DNA from: Candidatus Iainarchaeum sp.
GTDB lineage: Archaea; Iainarchaeota; Iainarchaeia; Iainarchaeales; 0-14-0-20-34-12
DNA: 64,000 bases
Direction of reading: 5' to 3'
Assembly (NCBI GenBank): GCA_030649345.1
Contig: JAUSKK010000038.1
Coordinates: 15,192 to 79,191 of the forward strand
Numbering within the stretch: position 1 is the first letter of the stretch; each line of letters begins with the position of its first letter. A model generated the notes under the pieces. The model had not been told where the DNA came from, made no database searches, and was given only the letters and a program-made list of their open reading frames with translations. A program made the position numbers and the translations under genes. This document shows, in pieces, positions 58,467 to 64,000 of this stretch.

Positions 58467-59099
58467 GTGTCTTCTGGTTTTGTTGCACAGTTTTATGTCT
58501 CTGGAAATTTATCTTCTGAAATTATTTCCACTAAATTATTAAAAGTAGCACAAGTCCTACAAGAAAGTGGATTTACGCTTGAAAAAGAAAAATCTTTAGA
58601 ATATACTTTTTACTGTAAAGAAAACAGTTATTTTATGGAATTGTTTTTGTTTCAAGCTAATTCAGTGGATTCATTTAAGGTAATTGAATTATCAGCTACT
58701 TTAAGTTCACATCTTTCCCTGCAATTTTGGAATAAACTTATTGATGTAGTTATCAAAGTATATAGTGTTATTCAACCAGAATTTGGATTGGGTGACGCGG
58801 AAGAGTTTTTTAATGATTTTAGACATCCTAAAACTGAATTAGGCTGGCTTACTTTCTTTAACTCAAAACAAGTTCATTCACTGGGTGAACAAAAGTTTTC
58901 TCAAATTCCGGTGTGGAAATCAGGAGAATACGAATTGAAATTCGGAGAATACTTTGACAAAGTGTCTGCCGGCAAAATGCAGTTGTTACCTGTCTGGAAA
59001 TGCGAAAAATTATCCGATGGAAGTTATCTTTTGGTATTGACTGAACAATTTGAAGGCTATCCTTCTCTAAAAGAGCTGAAACAACATTTAGGGTTGTGA
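58467..59099 (+). CDS. Candidate immunity protein for the upstream C-terminal toxin domain
   Basis: 210-aa ORF starting with GTG 2 nt after the giant gene's stop. No signal peptide. The call rests on position only. Confidence 0.4.
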   Translation: MSSGFVAQFYVSGNLSSEIISTKLLKVAQVLQESGFTLEKEKSLEYTFYCKENSYFMELFLFQANSVDSFKVIELSATLSSHLSLQFWNKLIDVVIKVYSVIQPEFGLGDAEEFFNDFRHPKTELGWLTFFNSKQVHSLGEQKFSQIPVWKSGEYELKFGEYFDKVSAGKMQLLPVWKCEKLSDGSYLLVLTEQFEGYPSLKELKQHLGL

Positions 59100-59101
59100 A
59101 C

Positions 59102-59362
59102 TTATTTGTAGCTTTTGTACCAGCGTTCGTATTCTTTGTGCGTTTCAAAGCAATGCAGTATGTAAATGATTTCTTTTTCGATATAGTAAATAATTCTTGC
59201 TTGTTTTGTGACATTTTCTGTGAAATAAGGCAAGCCATGATTCAAGTGTTTGCTAACTGGATTGTCGGCAATTTTTTCAATATGTTTTCCAAATTGTTTG
59301 TTTAAAGGATTGGGTATTTTTTCAAGTTCTTTTTCAGCAGTTTCAAGAATTTGTATTTCCAT
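59102..59362 (-). CDS. RelE/ParE-family toxin
   Basis: MEIQILETAEKELEKIP…ARIIYYIEKEIIYILHCFETHKEYE resembles the RelE/ParE fold signature (RIIY…I.IL…H). Start set at the internal Met. Overlaps the antitoxin gene by a few nt. Confidence 0.55.
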   Translation of the reverse strand: MEIQILETAEKELEKIPNPLNKQFGKHIEKIADNPVSKHLNHGLPYFTENVTKQARIIYYIEKEIIYILHCFETHKEYERWYKSYK

Positions 59363-59363
59363 T

Positions 59364-59600
59364 TTACCACTTGAACTTTTTCTTGATTTCATTAAAAGAC
59401 TTTGTTTTGATATTGCCTGCTTTCACTTCATCCATTTCTATTCGGATGCCTTTGGCAACCAGTTCTTTTTCTTCTTCATCCAGTATGCGTTCGTAAGCCA
59501 ATAATGCCTGCCGAATTACTTCGGTTTGACTTCCAGCATATCCTTTTTCAATTGCTTTTTTTACAATAGTTTCATAAGGAATTCCCAAATTTACGTTCAT
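59364..59600 (-). CDS. ParD/RHH-type antitoxin
   Basis: 78 aa. GYAGSQTEVIRQALLAYERILDEEE is typical of ParD/CopG-like antitoxins. Directly upstream of the RelE/ParE-like gene. Confidence 0.55.
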   Translation of the reverse strand: MNVNLGIPYETIVKKAIEKGYAGSQTEVIRQALLAYERILDEEEKELVAKGIRIEMDEVKAGNIKTKSFNEIKKKFKW

Positions 59601-59772
59601 TTCAGTTCCTCCAGTTCGATTTAATGCATATATTTAATGTTCATTAAACTATATAAATAGTGCCTATTGAATGTGCATTAGATGATCATTTAATAACTAT
59701 TTTTTAAATCAGGAAATCGTTTTTGTTGCCATTTTTTAGAAAAGGTTTTAAAGTACTTTTGCCAATAGTTTA

Positions 59773-59994
59773 TTGATTGTTATGAACTTTAAGGTAATTT
59801 TAGAGAAAGGTGAAGATGGTTTTTTTGTAGTGACTGTTCCTGCTTTGCCTGGTTGTATTTCTCAAGGTGAAACTGAAAAAGAAGCTTTGGATAATATTAA
59901 GGAAGCCATTGAATTGCATGTTTCTTCTTTGGCTGAAGATGGAATTCCGATTTCTCAGAAACAAGTTGTGAAGGAAGTTGCTGTAAGGTTATAG
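59773..59994 (+). CDS. hicB: HicB-family antitoxin
   Basis: 73 aa. FKVILEKGEDGFFVVTVPALPGCISQGETEKEALDNIKEAIELH is the UPF0150/HicB RNase-H-like fold signature. Confidence 0.6.
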   Translation: MIVMNFKVILEKGEDGFFVVTVPALPGCISQGETEKEALDNIKEAIELHVSSLAEDGIPISQKQVVKEVAVRL

Positions 59995-60032
59995 AATGTC
60001 TAAGCTTCCGATTATTTCCGCAAACGAAACGC

Positions 60033-60257
60033 TTGTTTCGTTGCGCATTAAAACGTGTTCGTTTTAATTGCGGAAAAGATTTATTGAAAATTTTATTAAA
60101 AAAAGGTTATTATATTCGAAACCAGAAAGGAAGTCATGTTCATTTGCGTCATTCTTTTTTGTTGCCTGTGACTGTTCCCAATCATAAAGTAATTGCACTA
60201 GGTACACTTAAAGCTATAATGAAAACTACTGGTTTAACTGAAAAAGATTTTGAGTAA
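60033..60257 (+). CDS. hicA: HicA-family mRNA-interferase toxin (start uncertain: TTG 60033 or TTG 60084)
   Basis: LLKILLKKGYYIRNQKGSHVHLRH…VTVPNHKVIALGTLKAIMKTTGL matches the HicA/YcfA signature (KGSH…H…VP.H). Confidence 0.55.
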   Translation: MFRCALKRVRFNCGKDLLKILLKKGYYIRNQKGSHVHLRHSFLLPVTVPNHKVIALGTLKAIMKTTGLTEKDFE

Positions 60258-60581
60258 TTTGCTATTTTTTAAACCAAGAAATTGTTTCTTGTTTGATTTG
60301 TTCAGCGAGTGTTGAATTTTTGGTTATGGTAATTGGTATTTTTGTTTTTTGTTCGAATACGTTTTCAAAGAATTCGTTTAAATTCATTTGATTGAATGTT
60401 TTGGTTTTTTGATAGAATTCATTGATTTCTTTTCGGAGTTCTGGCGGATGAAATGATTTTTCATTTCATCATTTCAGCATAACTGTATTGTTATGTTGGA
60501 GTGATAGTTCATAGTTTATGATTTATTTTAGAGTCATTTTTTTATAATTTGAATGTATTTGAGTACTTTCAACCTCAATTG

Positions 60582-60625
60582 GTGTGCATTAGCAATATAT
60601 AATAGTTTGCATTACTAATGCACAC
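60582..60625. promoter_or_regulatory. Perfect 11-bp inverted repeat GTGTGCATTAG…CTAATGCACAC with a 22-nt AT-rich, TATA-containing spacer, about 85 bp upstream of the KaiC-like gene; candidate operator
   Basis: Read directly from the sequence. A related half-site, aaTGTGCATTAG, occurs at 59669–59682 between parD and hicB. Confidence 0.4.
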
Positions 60626-60707
60626 TTAAGGTTTCGGTCTAATCTGGGCAATTTGTGGGTTAGCAAGTTTTATATACTTCTTTTACCTTACTAATTCGAG
60701 TTAAGAG

Positions 60708-61481
60708 ATGTATTTTATGGCTAGTGACCGAACACAAACAGGTATTGAAGGCTTGGATAAAGCATTAAATGGAGGCATTCCTTCAGGAAATTTAGTCTTA
60801 TTGTCGGGTGGAGCTGGAACTGGTAAGAGTACCTTATGCTTGCAGTACTGCATTAATGGTTGTGTAAAATTTAATGAGAAAGCTTTGTTTATTTCAACAG
60901 AGCAAACGCCCACTGAATTACTAAGACAGGCTGCTCAATACAATTGGCCTTTGACTGATTTGATTAACAAAGGCAAACTCAAGATAGAATACTTTGATGT
61001 TACCAAAGGCGACGAGTTCTTGAAACGAATCGATGAAAGCATTGATCACTTTAAACCCAACAGAATTGCTTTAGATTCTTTAACCACATTAGCCGATGCT
61101 TTATTAATTTCAGACATGTCAGAAGAAACTGCTTTTAGTATGGTTCAAATTGCCGAAAGCGTAAACCCTATTCCAAGAACTGAACAAATAATTACAAAAA
61201 CACTATTATACAGATTAATTGGAGCACTCAAAAAATATCATGTTACAACTTTACTCACAAGCGAATTGCCGGAAGAAGGAAAAACACTAAGCGCAGATGG
61301 AGTAAGTGAGTTTATTACGGATGGAGTAATTTTATTAAGTTATTTGAGTGTTGGTGCAACTGAATTAAGAGTTCTTAAAATAAGAAAAATGAGATATTCT
61401 GTTCACACTAAAGAATATCTGACTTATGATTTTTCATCCAAAGGGCTTGAATGCAAACTTGAAGAACAGTTAAGTATTTAG
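60708..61481 (+). CDS. KaiC/RadA-like single-domain RecA-superfamily ATPase
   Basis: 257 aa. Walker A GGAGTGKSTLCLQY preceded by GLDKALNGGIPSGNLVLLSG, and a Walker B-like region (RIALDSLT). Confidence 0.7.
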   Translation: MYFMASDRTQTGIEGLDKALNGGIPSGNLVLLSGGAGTGKSTLCLQYCINGCVKFNEKALFISTEQTPTELLRQAAQYNWPLTDLINKGKLKIEYFDVTKGDEFLKRIDESIDHFKPNRIALDSLTTLADALLISDMSEETAFSMVQIAESVNPIPRTEQIITKTLLYRLIGALKKYHVTTLLTSELPEEGKTLSADGVSEFITDGVILLSYLSVGATELRVLKIRKMRYSVHTKEYLTYDFSSKGLECKLEEQLSI

Positions 61482-61494
61482 TTATTGATTTCTA

Positions 61495-62064
61495 ATGTGG
61501 GATACTGTTGCCAAACTTTTAATGCACAAACAAATTTCCTTTGAAAAAGGTAAAATAGAAATATTTGGTCGGCTTTCATCACTGTTGCCATCAGATTCGT
61601 TTGTGACTCTACAAATGGAACTTGAGACACGTGGACTTCAAAACTTAATATATTTTAAAGCAAAAGAATCAGGCGCAAAATGGTTTGTTGAAATGAATAA
61701 ATATTATCATTTGAAAGGAATGGATGTAATTAAATGGGGGTCTGAAATAGTTACATTTGCCGGTTGGGGTGAAGCAATAATTGTAAGACGAGATGATTCA
61801 AAAAAAGAAATTGTATTTAATTTAAAAAATTCAATAACTGCAAAATTACACCCAGCCTCAGTAGTGCCAGTTGATCATTTATTTCGAGGCTTACTTTGTG
61901 GTGCAATGGCCACAATTTATGATATTGAATTATCTAAAATTGACGCAGTTGAAACTAAGTGTATTGCGATGGGTAGTCCAATCTGTGAATTTATTGTCAA
62001 ACAAACTAGCGAATTTGATGTTAATAATGATTTAGTTAAAGCTCAGCTAACTCCGGTAATGTAA
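61495..62064 (+). CDS. V4R (4-vinyl reductase)-domain protein
   Basis: 189 aa. The C-terminal CGAMATIYD…CIAMGSPICEF matches the V4R Cys-containing signature. Confidence 0.5.
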   Translation: MWDTVAKLLMHKQISFEKGKIEIFGRLSSLLPSDSFVTLQMELETRGLQNLIYFKAKESGAKWFVEMNKYYHLKGMDVIKWGSEIVTFAGWGEAIIVRRDDSKKEIVFNLKNSITAKLHPASVVPVDHLFRGLLCGAMATIYDIELSKIDAVETKCIAMGSPICEFIVKQTSEFDVNNDLVKAQLTPVM

Positions 62065-62915
62065 AAAGCTGTTATTGTAATCCCAATTTCGACAAGTAAT
62101 ACGTACCAAATATATGTACTGACATTTTTTGAGTGAATAATTAAATTTTCATTTGAATTGATTATTTTTACCTTTTTATTTAATGCCCAAAATAACATCA
62201 AAGATAAAATTACTGGTAATAAAAAAAGTTTATTTAAATTACTAAAAATAATAGCCACTGTTAATCCAACGAAAAGTAAATACACTGAATTCATAATCCA
62301 TTTTAAAGTGCTCTTTTCGCCAATTAATAGTGGAATGGTTTTGAAACCAAATTTTTTCTCACCTTGTTGATCTTCAATATCTTTTATTGGTGCAATAATT
62401 CCAATGAGTAAACTAAAAAAAACAAAAAATATGATTGAAAATGGATTATTGCTGATTAAAAATCCACAAATAAAAGGAATTATTGAATAAAACATTGCTC
62501 CAAAAATAGGAGTTGCAAATATTTTCCTTTTTAGGTAAAACGGCCTTGCAGTATATGCGATTGTAAGAATTGCAAGTAAAATAATTGTAAAAAAAATGTT
62601 GGCACTAACAAAGTATGCTAAACTAAGACTAATTATATAAAAGGCAATTGCTAAAAACAGTATAACTTTTTTATCAACTTTTTTGTTTGGGATTGGTCTA
62701 TTGGGTTTGTTTATCTTATCCAGGGTTTCATCTTCAACCATATTAAGAAAATTGAATCCACTTATTGTAAAAATAAGTGCAAAAAGTGTTAGTACCAATT
62801 TAGAACCAATTGGGAATATTCCTGCGTGAATGGCTAATGAACTAAATAGTCCAATTGCCACTAAGATAATGTATTGGGGGGCCAAAAGTGAGCTGATTTC
62901 TTTCAATGTAAGCAT
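62043..62915 (-). CDS. UbiA-family prenyltransferase (DGGGP synthase-like)
   Basis: 290 aa, about 8 TM helices. Asp-rich motif NMVEDETLDKINKPNRPIP (the UbiA family's NDxxDxxxD…RP.P motif). Confidence 0.7.
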   Translation of the reverse strand: MLTLKEISSLLAPQYIILVAIGLFSSLAIHAGIFPIGSKLVLTLFALIFTISGFNFLNMVEDETLDKINKPNRPIPNKKVDKKVILFLAIAFYIISLSLAYFVSANIFFTIILLAILTIAYTARPFYLKRKIFATPIFGAMFYSIIPFICGFLISNNPFSIIFFVFFSLLIGIIAPIKDIEDQQGEKKFGFKTIPLLIGEKSTLKWIMNSVYLLFVGLTVAIIFSNLNKLFLLPVILSLMLFWALNKKVKIINSNENLIIHSKNVSTYIWYVLLVEIGITITAFYITGVS

Positions 62916-62962
62916 ATTTATTAATACGTCTTAATCTATTAAAATATTCGCATGGTGCTATT

Positions 62963-64000
62963 GTGGATTTAAATATCATCGGAGGAGGAATTGCTGGGCT
63001 TACTTGTGCCATAAAGTTAGCAGAAGCTGGAAAAACAGTGGAAGTCTTTGAAAAACAAGATTTTATTGGAAAAAGCGAAGGTGAAAATCTTAAAGCAATC
63101 CGTAATTATGATGTTAAAATCGATCTTATTGAATATCTTAAAAAAAATAATATTGATTTGAAAAATGTTAAACCAATTGATAAAATTACCAAATATTCTC
63201 CAACTGGAAAAAAGATGACTGTTACTTCTGACAATGGTCCACTATTTTATATATTAAAAAAAGGCCATGATGAAAAGTCTGTCGATTATGAACTTTATGA
63301 GCATGCATTGAATCATGATGTAAAAATTCGCTTTGGTCAAAATAAAATTATAACTGATGGTGACGTAATTTCAGTAAATACTATTTATCGAAATATTTGG
63401 GCTCATGGGGCAATGTATTCTGATGTCGATGTTGACGAGTCTGAAATACTTTTTTTTATGGACAATAATTATGCGCCTCAAGGATACATCTATGGTATGC
63501 CTTTTGGGAAGCACCAATTTTGTTTAGGTTCTGTAAGTTTTGATTTGAATTGTGCTCTTCCCATTTTATTTAGACGTTTTATTACGGAAAATAGTGTAAT
63601 CTCTAAAATTCTTGAAAATGCAACACTAACAAATCACTATGGTGGCTTTGCGTACTCTAATATTCCTGAAACTGCAGTGATTAATAAAAAATTATTTATA
63701 GGTTCTGCCGCTGGTTTTATAGATCCAGCCCGTGGTTTTGGTGTTAAATATGCCTTCCAATCAGCGATATTGGCTGCAAATGCACTGACCAATAATCTAA
63801 ATTATGATACACTTTGGAAAACTGAATTTAGAGCTGAATTAATAGATGGTTACAAGCGCCGACTTTTACTTGAAAAAATGAGTAATGCTGATTATGAAAA
63901 ATTAATTATTGATGAAAAGGTTTCCATTAAAAATTATGAAAAGATACCATTTGGACTACAAAATCTATTTAAAAAAATTGAGTTATCTGTTGAGCTTAAT
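62963..64000 (+). CDS. Geranylgeranyl reductase family FAD-dependent oxidoreductase (3'-partial; runs off the window)
   Basis: Hand translation from GTG 62963: VDLNIIGGGIAGLTCAIKLAEAGKTVEVFEK… (FAD-binding GxGxxG). Later FIGSAAGFIDPARGFG resembles the GGR motif. No stop before the window end. Confidence 0.6.
   Translation, partial: MDLNIIGGGIAGLTCAIKLAEAGKTVEVFEKQDFIGKSEGENLKAIRNYDVKIDLIEYLKKNNIDLKNVKPIDKITKYSPTGKKMTVTSDNGPLFYILKKGHDEKSVDYELYEHALNHDVKIRFGQNKIITDGDVISVNTIYRNIWAHGAMYSDVDVDESEILFFMDNNYAPQGYIYGMPFGKHQFCLGSVSFDLNCALPILFRRFITENSVISKILENATLTNHYGGFAYSNIPETAVINKKLFIGSAAGFIDPARGFGVKYAFQSAILAANALTNNLNYDTLWKTEFRAELIDGYKRRLLLEKMSNADYEKLIIDEKVSIKNYEKIPFGLQNLFKKIELSVELN

Noticed and set aside
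58858-59238. 126-aa minus-strand ORF overlapping the 3' end of the candidate immunity gene
   Set aside because: It overlaps two better-supported genes (the immunity candidate and the RelE/ParE-like gene) and has no motif support.
60262-60400. Small minus-strand ORF (…MNLNEFFENVFEQKTKIPITITKNSTLAEQIKQETISWFKK) downstream of hicA
   Set aside because: Only 34 aa from the first ATG, with no recognisable family and no clear start context.
60447-60470. Perfect 10-bp inverted repeat gatgaaatga-tttt-tcatttcatc as a terminator
   Set aside because: It is not followed by a T-tract and is not positioned directly after a gene end. It may be a regulatory hairpin, but there is no support for either role.
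1-64000. CRISPR arrays, rRNA genes, transposases and integrases
   Set aside because: No regularly spaced short direct repeats, no rRNA-like stretches, and no DDE or tyrosine-recombinase motifs were recognised in any translated frame.

Overview
This is an AT-rich, gene-dense 64 kb window from what looks like a small archaeal genome, likely a DPANN-type archaeon. All coding-region calls rest on recognisable motifs in the supplied six-frame translations, not on database searches. Three things point to archaea. First, a Drg-type GTPase with a TGS domain and archaeal/eukaryal-type ProRS and TyrRS. Second, a UbiA-family (DGGGP-synthase-like) prenyltransferase next to a geranylgeranyl reductase. Third, a tRNA-like gene interrupted by a ~200-nt intron. 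Housekeeping genes include proA/proB with a TSUP permease and proS. There is a folate/one-carbon and purine set (glyA, folD, purN, purH, 5-formyl-THF cyclo-ligase, purA, guaB) and a bacterial-type ribBA. Also present are tyrS, a SpoU-class RNA methyltransferase, a HemK/Mtq2-like methyltransferase and a RibL/PPAT-like nucleotidyltransferase. Between these sit many small, very basic hypothetical proteins, several with repeated LuxR/sigma-70-region-4-like HTH motifs. There are also secreted or anchored surface proteins. The most striking accessory feature is a four-gene plus-strand locus at 47.8–59.1 kb. It encodes a 2892-aa signal-peptide-bearing giant protein with about nine tandem Ig-like repeat units and Ca-binding DxDxDG repeats. 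Its C-terminus carries a PD-(D/E)xK (restriction-endonuclease-fold) motif. A 210-aa ORF follows directly. The arrangement is that of a polymorphic toxin/immunity (contact-dependent inhibition-like) system. Three type II toxin–antitoxin pairs (VapBC, ParDE/RelBE, HicBA) and a KaiC-like ATPase with a V4R protein flank it. Other notable items are a retropepsin-like protease divergent from two RimK-type ATP-grasp genes (the first catalytically degenerate), a four-gene minus-strand operon with a PIN-domain protein and a PRTase-like protein, and a structured non-coding region at 10.3–11.0 kb. That region contains the intron-bearing tRNA candidate and a 16-nt direct repeat of its 3' end.
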